Assembly: GCA_041738935.1 (NCBI GenBank)
Contig: JBGSOV010000002.1
Span: forward strand, 92,469-156,468
DNA from: Candidatus Altimarinota bacterium
GTDB lineage: Bacteria; Patescibacteriota; Gracilibacteria; CAIRYL01; GCA-016699755
Reading direction: 5' to 3'
Length of the DNA stretch: 64,000 bases
Shown here piece by piece: positions 38,287 to 48,364 of this stretch. Position 1 is the stretch's first letter; each line of letters begins with the position of its first letter. The notes under the pieces are model-generated. The model made no database searches. It saw only the letters and a program-made list of their open reading frames with translations, and was not told the DNA's origin. The position numbers and the translations under genes were made by a program.

Positions 38287-40446
38287 TTAAAAGACTTCTT
38301 CACGGATAGCGTCTTTGCGAATACGTTTGGTGCGCGATTCGAGTGATTCGGTCAGTGCTGTATGCACGCGCTGTGTAATAATATCACGCTCAAAATAATC
38401 ATTGATGAGCTCCTTTTCCAAATTGAGGCAATTACGTTTCGTTAAATAATACTTGCGGTGTTTCAAAAACTTCGTGAATTCGCGCTCTAATTCTAACTGC
38501 TTTTCTTGCGCGTTTAGATGCCATTTCTCGTACTGATTACGGACGATGCTTAGCACACGTTCTTCCAAAAACAGGTCGTTTTTTTCGAGTTCATCTAAAT
38601 ATTTGATTACATTCCATGCCGAAATGCGTCGAGCACGATAGCGTTCGTGTTTATGAATAATCTGACGACGCTTCCACGAATTTGTAAACCGTTCGACAAA
38701 ATCAATTTTTGCGAGGCTCCCCAAAAAATAATTGATACGATTTTCCGTTTGTTTCATTCGCTTTGTAAAGGGCATGGACGAACGATTGCGTTCTTGTTTT
38801 TTATCAAACAATAATCGCTCACGCTGGCGCTCGATACTATTCGTCAATTCGGACAAGGTGTGTTCCGAAATCTCTTCGGAGGCAAACAACTGGTTAAAGA
38901 CTTTACGCTCGACACCCAGGCAATGCTTGCGCAAAATAAAAAGAAGTTCGTGCATTGTAAAAGATTCTTCCTTGTGAAAGAGCTGCTTGATTTTATCCCC
39001 TGCTTTTTGCTCGGCTTTTTCGTAGTTTTCAGAAATATTGCGAAAGACATCTTCACTGACATAGCCCTTGTGATAGATTTTTTGCAAATGATCACGCATC
39101 GAATGTGCTACAAGGACATGGCTTTCCTCGATTTCCAAAATATCGACAGGTGTAAAATTCATCAGACCAAATTTTTCGAGTAGCCAGCGAATAGTCGTGG
39201 CATTAAAAAGAAACAGAAAAATAATCACGGTAACTGTCATTGCTTGTAGCAATTGTAATCCCGGAAATTCTGGCGGTAAAAGCAGCAGCATGACAACCGC
39301 AAGCGCGCCACGCAGACCGCCGTGCGCGATAATAATCTGCCACGAAAATGGGATACGAAAAATAGTTTTCTTTGTAAAATAATTTGTCACACTAAGAACA
39401 GGAATCACCGAAACAAAGCGCGCAACGATTACAATTCCGACGGCAGCGAGCGAAAGCACCCAGTAGTCAGTAATATCGACTTGCACAACAGAAATACCAA
39501 TCAGCAAAAACACCAAACTATTGACGATAAACGCCATGTGATCCCAAAAATGCTGCATCGTTTCGAGCACGCTGGGCGAAATCTTGTTGCGTCCAAAATT
39601 CCCAAGTACGACGCCGGCTGCTACAGCGGCAATGATTCCCGAGACGCCGATATATTCTGCAAACAAAAAGGTAGAATGCGCCAAAATCAGTACGAGTGTC
39701 ATTTCGACATTGCGATTTTCGCGCACCATTTCAATAGCTTTCGAAAAAACATAGCCAATCACTATACCAAAAAGTCCGCCACCAATTACCATTACAGCAA
39801 AATCCCAGACGGCGCCCACTTTTGAAAAAGTAGTCTCACCATCAAAATGCTCAGAAATAAACATCGCTAACAGGATGTTAAAGAGTACCAATGCTGTTCC
39901 GTCATTAAACAGACTTTCCCCTTCAACAATCGTACGCAGGCGGCGGGGCGCGCCGACTTCTTTAAAGATGCCCAACACTGCTACTGGATCGGTAGCAGAA
40001 ATAATGACGCCAAAAAGCAATCCGATGAGAAGGTCAATGCCAAAAAGGAGGTGCAAAAGTAATCCTATGATTCCTGATGACAGAATCACCGAAAAAATCG
40101 CTAAACCGCTGATGTGCAAAAGTGCATTGCGCAATTGAATAAAGCGAATATTAAAAGCAGATTCAAAAACCAGTGTCGGTAAAAACAAATAAAATACGAT
40201 TTGTGGCGAGAGTCTAAAATTTTTGATGTTCTTAATATATTGACTAAAAAAAGAGTGAAGCGATTCTTCATCAGTCACTGGACCCAAGTGAATAAGCGAG
40301 CTCAAATAAGCAATACCGACGCCGGCAAAAACCATCAAAAAAGTAAAAGGAACCCGAGTGCGATTGCTCACGAGTTGTAACATCGCTCCTGTTAGTAAGA
40401 AGGTCAGTAAGACTAATAACGTAAAGAACACCTGATGTTCGTTCAT
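38287..40446 (-). CDS. CPA1-family Na+(K+)/H+ antiporter with long cytoplasmic C-terminal domain
   Basis: SATDPVAVLGIFKEVGAPRRLRTIVEGESLFNDGTALVLF is the canonical NhaP/NHE motif. About 12 TM helices, then about 300 aa of hydrophilic tail. Confidence 0.85.
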   Translation of the reverse strand: MNEHQVFFTLLVLLTFLLTGAMLQLVSNRTRVPFTFLMVFAGVGIAYLSSLIHLGPVTDEESLHSFFSQYIKNIKNFRLSPQIVFYLFLPTLVFESAFNIRFIQLRNALLHISGLAIFSVILSSGIIGLLLHLLFGIDLLIGLLFGVIISATDPVAVLGIFKEVGAPRRLRTIVEGESLFNDGTALVLFNILLAMFISEHFDGETTFSKVGAVWDFAVMVIGGGLFGIVIGYVFSKAIEMVRENRNVEMTLVLILAHSTFLFAEYIGVSGIIAAVAAGVVLGNFGRNKISPSVLETMQHFWDHMAFIVNSLVFLLIGISVVQVDITDYWVLSLAAVGIVIVARFVSVIPVLSVTNYFTKKTIFRIPFSWQIIIAHGGLRGALAVVMLLLLPPEFPGLQLLQAMTVTVIIFLFLFNATTIRWLLEKFGLMNFTPVDILEIEESHVLVAHSMRDHLQKIYHKGYVSEDVFRNISENYEKAEQKAGDKIKQLFHKEESFTMHELLFILRKHCLGVERKVFNQLFASEEISEHTLSELTNSIERQRERLLFDKKQERNRSSMPFTKRMKQTENRINYFLGSLAKIDFVERFTNSWKRRQIIHKHERYRARRISAWNVIKYLDELEKNDLFLEERVLSIVRNQYEKWHLNAQEKQLELEREFTKFLKHRKYYLTKRNCLNLEKELINDYFERDIITQRVHTALTESLESRTKRIRKDAIREEVF

Positions 40447-40577
40447 GGAATTTTGACTTATGTTACATCGATTGTAACGATATTCTTTTTTATTTTATCT
40501 TGCAAAGAGTTTTCACTTTTTCTTGCCACTTGTGCGACTTCTCGCCAAAATCAAAAGTGCATTCTTCCACAATTTTT

Positions 40578-41555
40578 ATGACGGCATCTTCCTCTTTTTT
40601 TGAAGAGCACATCAACGCTGCTCTCGAGTCTGTCGATTTGCAGGGTTTTCGCAAAACGCATGCCGGCAAAGTCCGCGATATTTTTGAAAAAGATGGTACG
40701 CAGATTATCGTTACGACTGATCGTCAATCGGCTTTTGATCGGATTTTAACAACAGTTCCGTTTAAAGGGCAGATTCTCAACCGTATTTCGGCATTCTGGT
40801 TTGAGCAAACGAAAGACATTATTGCCAATCATCTGATCGCTGTGCCTGATCCGGCTGTTTCTGTTGTGCGTAAGGCAAAGGTTTTTCCGGTCGAATGCAT
40901 TGTTCGTGGATATATGACAGGAAGCACTGATACGTCTGTCTGGATAAATTATCAGAAAGGCATTCGTAATTATTGCGGAGTCGAACTGCCCGAAAACATG
41001 GTCAAAAATCAGCCGTTTGCTACTCCAATCATCACGCCAACAACCAAGCCACAAGTGGGACATGACGAATTGATTTCACCGGACGAAATCATCGAACGCG
41101 GACTGATGACGGCGGACGAATGGCAAACAGTTAGCGATGCTGCCCTCCAAATCTTTTTACGCGGACAATCGATTGCTGCACGACAAGGACTGATTTTAGT
41201 CGACACCAAGTTCGAATTCGGACGTGCGCTCGATACTGGCGAAATCTTGCTTATCGACGAAGTATTGACTCCGGATAGTTCGCGCTTTTGGATGCAAGCT
41301 TCCTACAACGAGCGATTTGCTGCTGGCGAAGAACCACAGAGCTTTGATAAAGAATTTTTCCGCCTCTGGTATCAAGAGCGCTGTAATCCTTACCGAGACG
41401 AAATATTGCCACAAGCGCCAAATTCTCTGCGCGCCAAACTGGCGAGTATTTATGCCGAAGCGTACGAAATTATCACCGATGCTGAGTTTGTACCAGAGTT
41501 GAATGGAACAGCGCGCATCCAGAAAAACCTGGACGAATATTTTGCTTCGCGGTAA
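40578..41555 (+). CDS. purC: phosphoribosylaminoimidazole-succinocarboxamide (SAICAR) synthase
   Basis: GKVRDIFE, TDRQSAFD, VRGYMTGS, LILVDTKFEFG, DEVLTPDSSRFW. Confidence 0.9.
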   Translation: MTASSSFFEEHINAALESVDLQGFRKTHAGKVRDIFEKDGTQIIVTTDRQSAFDRILTTVPFKGQILNRISAFWFEQTKDIIANHLIAVPDPAVSVVRKAKVFPVECIVRGYMTGSTDTSVWINYQKGIRNYCGVELPENMVKNQPFATPIITPTTKPQVGHDELISPDEIIERGLMTADEWQTVSDAALQIFLRGQSIAARQGLILVDTKFEFGRALDTGEILLIDEVLTPDSSRFWMQASYNERFAAGEEPQSFDKEFFRLWYQERCNPYRDEILPQAPNSLRAKLASIYAEAYEIITDAEFVPELNGTARIQKNLDEYFASR

Positions 41556-41577
41556 TATTAGCTTTGTAGCAAACCAA

Positions 41578-41652
41578 AGGGGCATGATGTCAATGGTAGC
41601 ATGGCGGTCTCCAAAACCGCTCGTTCGGGTTCGAATCCTGATGCCCCTGCCA
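41578..41652 (+). tRNA. tRNA-Trp (anticodon CCA), CCA encoded
   Basis: Acceptor AGGGGCA/TGCCCCT, anticodon stem GCGGT/ACCGC with loop CTCCAAA, T arm TCGGG TTCGAAT CCTGA, discriminator G plus CCA. Confidence 0.88.
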
Positions 41653-41749
41653 GATATTGTTTTGTAGAGATGTTATATTCTTTTGTATGAATCAGCTCGG
41701 ATTTTTTTTGCAATAACAGGCTTTTTTGAAAAATAAAAACCCAGAAACC

Positions 41750-41778
41750 TTGACATAAAATAATTATTTATTTATAAA
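41750..41778 (+). promoter_or_regulatory. near-consensus sigma70-type promoter of the peroxidase-like gene
   Basis: TTGACA (41750-41755), 17-nt spacer, TATAAA (41773-41778). The ATG lies 24 nt downstream. Confidence 0.6.
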
Positions 41779-41801
41779 GAAACATCTCTTCTCTGTATAT
41801 C

Positions 41802-43778
41802 ATGCAAAAACTTTTTTCGTTCTTGTCGCTTCTTCTACTTATACAACCATCTTTGGCATTTGCTCAGATGGGAGAAGAGGCAAGCACTTTACCAACACCC
41901 GAACCTACTGTTTCACAATCGGTAACTCTTCCAACACCAACACCGCAGATTTTTGTTTCACCAAGTCCAACTACTACTCCCGAGCCAAGCACATCACCTG
42001 ATGAGGTACTTCCTGTCGATTTGGACAATATACCAGCAGATTTTTTTGATGACTTCGACGAAAACGATTTTTTGGATGGAACCAGTTTCTTGCTCTACGA
42101 AGAACCGCCTTCGCCCGAAGAAATCTTTTTAAGCATTTATCAAAAACACATTCGTGATTGGTTGAGCGGAGATTCTGCTTGGTGGAAATCTACTCCGCAT
42201 GTTGTCCGCGCTCGCACAGATTATCCCGTGCGGCGGTTTTTGTTCAGGTCGCTTGATGGTTTTCGCACGAATGTTTTTTATCCTTCTTGGGGACAAGCTG
42301 GCAAAGTGTTTGCACGCTATCTGGCGCCGGTATATGGCGATACTATCGCTTTTCCTGCTGGTTCGAATCGTCCATCGGTACGCGAAATCAGTAATCTTGT
42401 CGTGCACCAAAACGAACCAATTCCCAATCAACAAGGACTCACTGATTTTTTTTGGTTGTGGGGACAATTTGTCGGTCAGGATCTCGTTCTCATCGAACCA
42501 TCTGTTCAAGAGTTTGAACAATTTAAAATTCGTGTTCCGATTGGCGATTCAGTTTTTGATCCTGAAGCAACGGGCACCGAATGGCTTAAGTACTCACGTT
42601 CAGACTTTGACGCCACTACCAGTAACATACTTCCACGCGAACAAAAAAATCTAACGACGCCATATCTTGATGCTTCGATGATTTATGGCGTCGATGAATA
42701 TCGCAGCAATGCATTACGTACTTTTGTCGATGGCAAACTCAAAATGACGAATGATGCCATGTTGCCCTACAACACAACTGGTTTACCAAACGTCGGTGGA
42801 GATAGTCCATATCTTTCGCTGTCGGGTGATGTTCGCGTCAATGAACACATTGGGTTGGTGGCACTTCACACACTATTTTTTCGCGAACACAATCGTCTTG
42901 CTGCAGAAATCAAGCGCCATTTTCCTAATTATTCCGATGAAGAAATTTTTTTCTTTGCGCGCGAGCTTGTTACTGCTGAAATTCAGGACATAACCTACAA
43001 TGAGTTTTTACCGCTCTTGTTGGGCGAAAAGCTTCCTGCGTATAGCGGATATGATCCTCAACTTGATCCGACGGTGCGCAATCTCTTTGCGTCAGCAGCA
43101 TTTGAACTGTGGTATACAATGATGTCGCCACAGATTACTTTTGCTGATAATGACGGTGTTCCTGTTGGCAAAAGCCCTTACAGCTTGCGCACAACCTTTT
43201 TTCAGCCATGGCTTTTGTGGTACAAGCATGATCTTGATTTCATCTTAAAAGGGTTTTCGATGCAGCCGGCGCAAGCAATCGACCCGTATGTCGATGATGC
43301 ACTGCGCAATTTTACTTTTGAAGAATCAGGTCTGAAACCCGTCGATCTGATTGCTGTCTCATTACAGCGTGGTAGAGATCATGGATTACCGGATTATAAT
43401 CAAATCCGCAGCTTTTTTGGGCGCGAACCAATGAAAGATTTTAGCGAACTCAGCAGTGATATCGAGCTCAACGAAAAAATACGTTTGGCATATCGCGATG
43501 TCGATGCAATCGATGCTTGGGTTGGGCTGCTTGCCGAAGAAAAAGCCTCGGACGCACCAATTGGTGAAACACTCAAAGCCATTGTGACAGACCAGTTTTT
43601 GCGGATTCGAAATGGAGACCGGTTTTGGCACGAGCGTGCTTTGCGTCCAGAGCTTGCTGCTCTCATTCCCGATACTTCGTTGGCTCAGATTATCAAAAAT
43701 AATACTGATCTCACCAATCTGACGGAGAATATTTTTGTACTCGCAATACCCGAATTTTCTTCTGAAATAGAAGAGTAG
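41802..43778 (+). CDS. secreted animal-haem-peroxidase (peroxidase-cyclooxygenase superfamily) homolog with non-canonical distal site
   Basis: Signal peptide MQKLFSFLSLLLLIQPSLAFA. GDVRVNEHIGLVALHTLFFREHNRLAAEI (proximal His region). LQRGRDHGLPDYN. DAIDAWVGLLAE. RNGDRFWHE. The distal motif reads WGQFVGQDL rather than WGQF.DHD. Confidence 0.8.
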   Translation: MQKLFSFLSLLLLIQPSLAFAQMGEEASTLPTPEPTVSQSVTLPTPTPQIFVSPSPTTTPEPSTSPDEVLPVDLDNIPADFFDDFDENDFLDGTSFLLYEEPPSPEEIFLSIYQKHIRDWLSGDSAWWKSTPHVVRARTDYPVRRFLFRSLDGFRTNVFYPSWGQAGKVFARYLAPVYGDTIAFPAGSNRPSVREISNLVVHQNEPIPNQQGLTDFFWLWGQFVGQDLVLIEPSVQEFEQFKIRVPIGDSVFDPEATGTEWLKYSRSDFDATTSNILPREQKNLTTPYLDASMIYGVDEYRSNALRTFVDGKLKMTNDAMLPYNTTGLPNVGGDSPYLSLSGDVRVNEHIGLVALHTLFFREHNRLAAEIKRHFPNYSDEEIFFFARELVTAEIQDITYNEFLPLLLGEKLPAYSGYDPQLDPTVRNLFASAAFELWYTMMSPQITFADNDGVPVGKSPYSLRTTFFQPWLLWYKHDLDFILKGFSMQPAQAIDPYVDDALRNFTFEESGLKPVDLIAVSLQRGRDHGLPDYNQIRSFFGREPMKDFSELSSDIELNEKIRLAYRDVDAIDAWVGLLAEEKASDAPIGETLKAIVTDQFLRIRNGDRFWHERALRPELAALIPDTSLAQIIKNNTDLTNLTENIFVLAIPEFSSEIEE

Positions 43779-43953
43779 ACTCTTTCCATCAAGAATCACT
43801 TCTTTGTGTTTCGATGTACCTTGGCTCTATCAGATAAATGTTGTTATCGCCGCCAAAATTCAGGGCAGAGTAAATGCCCGCCAAATTCCAACTTTTGCAA
43901 GGCTTGTCTTTCTTAATCGCAGAGAGTATTTTGCAAATACTTTTTATAAACAG

Positions 43954-44361
43954 ATGAAATCCAAAATCTCGATTATCACTCTTGGTGTCAGTGATTTGGC
44001 GCAAGCAATCTCTTTTTATCAGCGCTTGGGCTTTCGACTGGAAACCGAAAAGGATACCGACAAAGTCGCCTTTTTGTATCTCGAAGGTGCGGCAGCGCGA
44101 CTGGCGTTATTTCCGCGTGCAGAATTAGCAAAAGATATCGGGGTAACCGAAGCGGGGAGTGGTTTTCGAGGGATTACCTTGGCGCACAATGTTGCTTCTG
44201 CGGAAGCAGTCGACGCGATATTGTTAGAGGCAGAAGCAGCAGGGGCGACTATTGTCAAAGCTGGACAGAAGGTTTTTTGGGGAGGGTATTCAGGATATTT
44301 TTCCGATTTGGACGGTTTTTATTGGGAAGTAGCATATAATCCGTTTATGGATTTGGTTTGA
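43954..44361 (+). CDS. VOC/glyoxalase-family protein
   Basis: ISIITLGVSDLAQAISFYQRLGF ... GYFSDLDGFYWEVAYNP is the typical glyoxalase/bleomycin-resistance fold signature. Confidence 0.75.
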   Translation: MKSKISIITLGVSDLAQAISFYQRLGFRLETEKDTDKVAFLYLEGAAARLALFPRAELAKDIGVTEAGSGFRGITLAHNVASAEAVDAILLEAEAAGATIVKAGQKVFWGGYSGYFSDLDGFYWEVAYNPFMDLV

Positions 44362-44402
44362 TGGCAAAAGGATAAAGCTCCATTAAGTAAAAATTGTGTA
44401 TC

Positions 44403-44430
44403 AAAAAAAGTCCCCGAAGGGACTTTTTGT
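44403..44430. terminator. bidirectional intrinsic terminator
   Basis: AAAAAAAGTCCC CGAA GGGACTTTTTGTT between convergent genes. Confidence 0.8.
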
Positions 44431-44455
44431 TGTTCTCTCATGGAAATAATCCAGA

Positions 44456-44737
44456 TTAGAAATTGCGTGGTGGTCGCTCTTCTTTTGGTCGAGCGATGTT
44501 TACCGCGATTTCGCGTCCTTCGTACTCTTGGCCATCGAACATTTCGACAGCTTTTTGAGCTTCTGCAGGCGAAGACATTTCGACAAAGCCGAAGCCTTTG
44601 CTGCGTCCAGTTGCGCGATCAGAGATGATAGCGACAGATACAACTGTACCTGCTTGCGAGAAGTGCTCTTGGAGCGCTTCCTCCGTTGTGCGCCATGGGA
44701 GGCTTCCAACGAAGAGTTTTGAATTTTGGTCGGACAT
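44456..44737 (-). CDS. RRM-type RNA-binding protein
   Basis: RNP-2 KLFVGSL and RNP-1 KGFGFVEM. ATG 44737. Confidence 0.88.
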   Translation of the reverse strand: MSDQNSKLFVGSLPWRTTEEALQEHFSQAGTVVSVAIISDRATGRSKGFGFVEMSSPAEAQKAVEMFDGQEYEGREIAVNIARPKEERPPRNF

Positions 44738-44948
44738 AGTCCAATTGAAAAAAGAAAGTGTAAGCACTCTACTAGCCACTATCGCTTACACTCACTTTCG
44801 CTCTATGCAAGGACCGGGAACCGAAATGCTCACCTACATTTTTCTGATTTTTTGCGCTTTTGTCAACTAATTTTCTCCTTTTTGCTATATAATGTCGAGT
44901 TTTTTGAAAAACAGTTACAGTCTTATTGTGATTTCTTTTTGTTAAAAA

Positions 44949-45245
44949 ATGCAATTTGTCGTAATTGGTCGAGACGGTGACGATGTCCCAGCATTACAGC
45001 GTCGTACAAATGCCCGCGAAGCGCATCTCACGCAGTGTGCATCGATGAAAAATACTAAAACACTTCTCTATGCGGCAGCGCTTAAAGATGAAAATAACAA
45101 TATGAATGGCTCAATTATGATTGTGGATTTTGCTTCTCGAAGCGAGCTGGATGCTTGGTTAGAGCGCGAACCATATGTAATCGGTAAGGTTTGGAAACAG
45201 GTTGAGGTGACTCCTTGCGCAGTTGCGCCGATTTTTGCTGCTTAG
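44949..45245 (+). CDS. YciI-like protein
   Basis: 98 aa. MQFVVIGRDG..., AREAHL, PYVIGKVW resemble the YciI family. Confidence 0.55.
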   Translation: MQFVVIGRDGDDVPALQRRTNAREAHLTQCASMKNTKTLLYAAALKDENNNMNGSIMIVDFASRSELDAWLEREPYVIGKVWKQVEVTPCAVAPIFAA

Positions 45246-46186
45246 TATCCTTTTGTAAAATCAACGGTGTAGAGCAATTCTTCGCCGTTGCGAAAGCGGT
45301 GATAGTTTTCTTCAAACACATCAAAAATACGGTCAGACAAAATATAACCAGAATTGTGTGGAGTAATATAGACGTTTTGCATATCCCAAAGCGGGCTCTT
45401 GGGTGCAAGTGGTTCCTCTGCAAAAACATCAAGGACTGCGGCGGCAATGCGGTGGTGTTTCATGGCGCCGACAAGTACTTTTTCATCTACTATATTTCCA
45501 CGCCCGACACTTATAAAAATTGCTGTTTCTTTCATTTGTTCAAATGCAACAGTATCAAGCAAATGAGTAGTCGCCTGTGTTGCGGGTAATGTTGCAATGA
45601 TATAATCTGAAGCACGCAAGAGTTCTTGCAAGTCTTCTCCAGAGACAATCCTGTCAAAATTTTCTTGTGGTTGATTTGAAGAACGATACCCGATTGTCTG
45701 CAACCCGAATGCTTTGGAGATTCTAGCGATTTCGCTTCCGAGTGATCCAGTACCAAGAATACCAATGATTTTTCCGGTAAGTACATTTGTGGGGCGCTGT
45801 TCCCAGCGTTTTTGCTGTTGATAGTGTTGATTGAGCGCAATCTCTTTCTCCAAATATAAGATGTACCCCATCGTATACTCGGCAATGGCAGTGCCATATG
45901 TTTCGCGAAGATTGGTGAGAAGATAATTTTGACGAAGTCCTGAAGCCATCATCGCATCAACTCCAGTAAATGTTGACTGCATCCATCGTAGTTTTTTCGC
46001 ATGATTGATCCATTTTGCAGCAAGCGGTGGTTCGGCAAGTAAAATATCTGCAGAAGTAATTACTACTTCTATTTCCATATCATTTTTGGGATAACTGATA
46101 TCCAGTTCTGGCAAATTTTTCGACTGTAGATTTTTAGAATAATCATCCTGATCACGACTAAGGACGACGAGGTGCGACAAAGACAT
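45242..46186 (-). CDS. D-isomer-specific 2-hydroxyacid dehydrogenase family protein
   Basis: NAD-binding GILGTGSLGSEIARISKAFG, FISVGRG, VFAEEPL, ITPHNSG. Its stop overlaps the YciI stop (TTAG). Confidence 0.8.
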   Translation of the reverse strand: MSLSHLVVLSRDQDDYSKNLQSKNLPELDISYPKNDMEIEVVITSADILLAEPPLAAKWINHAKKLRWMQSTFTGVDAMMASGLRQNYLLTNLRETYGTAIAEYTMGYILYLEKEIALNQHYQQQKRWEQRPTNVLTGKIIGILGTGSLGSEIARISKAFGLQTIGYRSSNQPQENFDRIVSGEDLQELLRASDYIIATLPATQATTHLLDTVAFEQMKETAIFISVGRGNIVDEKVLVGAMKHHRIAAAVLDVFAEEPLAPKSPLWDMQNVYITPHNSGYILSDRIFDVFEENYHRFRNGEELLYTVDFTKGY

Positions 46187-46319
46187 ATTTTCTGAATAAA
46201 AACTTCGATCTTAGTATAAATTATCACGCTCTGATATGCGAGCGGCGATATTAACCAATATCACTGATTTTTGCTTGATTTTCACGGAGGAAAGCGCAAA
46301 AATATCCTGGCATTTTTAT

Positions 46320-46396
46320 GGTCGCATAGCTCAGCTGGTTAGAGCGCAACACTGATAATGTTGAGGTCCCTGGTTCAAGTCCAGGTGCGACCACCA
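46320..46396 (+). tRNA. tRNA-Ile (anticodon GAT), CCA encoded
   Basis: GGTCGCA/TGCGACC acceptor, anticodon stem CAACA/TGTTG with loop CTGATAA, T arm CCTGG TTCAAGT CCAGG. Confidence 0.9.
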
Positions 46397-46538
46397 TTTG
46401 CAACTGCTTATTTCATTCCTTCTTTCATATGAAGGATGGCTTTTGCAACTTGCGTGTTTTTTGGCAAAAGCAAACTAGTTTTCTCTGTTTTTTTTCGGTA
46501 CAATAAGAGCTGATTTTTTGTACTCACAAACAAAAGTT

Positions 46539-47693
46539 ATGCACAATCGAATCCGTCTTTTACGGCAGTTTCTTCCCTTCTTCAAATATTGTGTTGTTGG
46601 TGTGCTCGGTACATCAATCGATTTGTTTACCGTCTATTTACTCGTAGAACGACTTGAACTGATGCATCCGATTGGGGCGGCGACTGTTGGCTTTTTTTTG
46701 GCGGTCATCAACAATTTTTTCCTGAATAAGGCGTGGACATTTCAAAACCGTTCCAAAAATTATCGAAAACTCTGGGTAAAATTTCTTCTTGTTTCGCTCG
46801 TCGGCTTACTGCTGACGTGGATGTTTATGTATATCTTTTATGAAAGGTATGGCATTGCCGCAGTACCAGCGAAAGCAATTACTTCGGTAATCGTCTTGTC
46901 ATGGAATTTTTTTGCCAACAAATATTGGACGTTTACCACGACCAAACTCAATCTCAATATTCCCACCTCGTTTCCATTTGAGCTTTCGATTATCGTTCCT
47001 GCATACAACGAAGAAAACCGTATCAAAAATACGTTGATTCTCTTTAATGATTTCATTTTATCCCAAAAGATCAATGCAGAAATCATTGTGGTGAGTGATG
47101 GAAGCACAGATGGAACCGTCAAACTTGTCAAAAACTTGCAAGAGAAGATTTCGCATTTGCGGGTGATTGCGAACAAAAAAAACCGTGGTAAAGGTTTTGC
47201 CGTCAAAACGGGGATTGAAGCGGCGCGAGGCAAGTTAATTCTTTTTGCCGATGCGGATAATTCCACACCAATCGAAGAATACCTCGAGCTCAAAAAACAG
47301 ATTTCCAAGCATGATATTGTCATTGGTTCGCGCTGGCTCAAAAACAGTAAAGTCAAACGCAAACAATCAACAGCACGGATTTTTATTGGGCGTTTTGGCA
47401 ATATGATTATCCAAATGTTTTTGATTGATGGAATTATCGACACACAATGTGGTTTCAAACTGTTCACTCACGAAGCTGCAAAGCAAATTTTTGCGCGGCA
47501 AAAAGTGTTTGGCTTTGGTTTTGATGTCGAACTGCTTGTTATTGCCAAAAATCTCAACTATCGCATTGCCGAAGTTCCGGTGAGCTGGTTTAATTCTGTC
47601 GAATCACGCTTTCGTCCAGTACGTGACGCGTTGCGGACAGTCTTTGACCTCATTTATATCAAGCTGAATTTGTGGAGTGGGCGGTATTTCTAA
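46539..47693 (+). CDS. GtrA-like membrane domain fused to family-2 glycosyltransferase (dolichyl/polyprenyl-phosphate hexosyltransferase-like)
   Basis: FFKYCVVGVLGTSIDLFTVYLLVE plus 4 TM helices (GtrA). LSIIVPAYNEENRI, VVSDGSTDGT, FADADNS (GT2 DxD). Confidence 0.8.
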   Translation: MHNRIRLLRQFLPFFKYCVVGVLGTSIDLFTVYLLVERLELMHPIGAATVGFFLAVINNFFLNKAWTFQNRSKNYRKLWVKFLLVSLVGLLLTWMFMYIFYERYGIAAVPAKAITSVIVLSWNFFANKYWTFTTTKLNLNIPTSFPFELSIIVPAYNEENRIKNTLILFNDFILSQKINAEIIVVSDGSTDGTVKLVKNLQEKISHLRVIANKKNRGKGFAVKTGIEAARGKLILFADADNSTPIEEYLELKKQISKHDIVIGSRWLKNSKVKRKQSTARIFIGRFGNMIIQMFLIDGIIDTQCGFKLFTHEAAKQIFARQKVFGFGFDVELLVIAKNLNYRIAEVPVSWFNSVESRFRPVRDALRTVFDLIYIKLNLWSGRYF

Positions 47694-47808
47694 AATTACA
47701 AATTTCAAATGACAAATTCAGAACCGGAATGAACGCGATTTGGTCATGCATTTCTTTATATTGTTCCACGAGCTGCATAGAGTTGTTGTGTGGTATATTC
47801 CTAAGGCA

Positions 47809-48336
47809 TTACAGACCAATCTTAATTTCAAACTCTTTCAGTACCTCTTCTTCTGATAAATTGCTGGTCTCAATTATCGATGTGCCCAATTCGCGAGCTT
47901 GATTTCTTAGAAATTGCAGCCAACTTTTCATATCATCAGTTAACAACTCTGGCTTATTTCGTTTATGAGTAAGTCTATTTGTCATTTCTTCTATATTGCA
48001 ATCCACGAGAATTATCTTGTAATTTTTGAAATTGTGTTTTGCAAAACCGTCGTAAATGAATTGTAAATTGACTTGACCTTCTAAAAAGACCTTTTCGTCA
48101 TGACATTGGTTTACAATTTTATCTAACCATTCATAGGTTTTTGCTTCCTGCCAGCCAGAAGGTGAGCCAAACTCTTTCTCCATATCTTCAAAAGAAGGAA
48201 CTCCAATTGAATCAAAGTGAAGGAATGACCAGGTCGTATTTGCATACTTCTTCTTCAGCTGCGCAATCAGAGTTGTTTTTCCGACTCCAGACGCGCCAGT
48301 TATGAAATAGATAGTTTGTTGTTCGGAATTATTCAT
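47809..48336 (-). CDS. P-loop NTPase / small-molecule kinase-like protein
   Basis: Walker A ITGASGVGKTTL. About 175 aa, the size of nucleoside/shikimate-type kinases. Specificity not assignable. Confidence 0.6.
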   Translation of the reverse strand: MNNSEQQTIYFITGASGVGKTTLIAQLKKKYANTTWSFLHFDSIGVPSFEDMEKEFGSPSGWQEAKTYEWLDKIVNQCHDEKVFLEGQVNLQFIYDGFAKHNFKNYKIILVDCNIEEMTNRLTHKRNKPELLTDDMKSWLQFLRNQARELGTSIIETSNLSEEEVLKEFEIKIGL

Positions 48337-48364
48337 GTACTTACAATATCAACCTTGAAGATAT

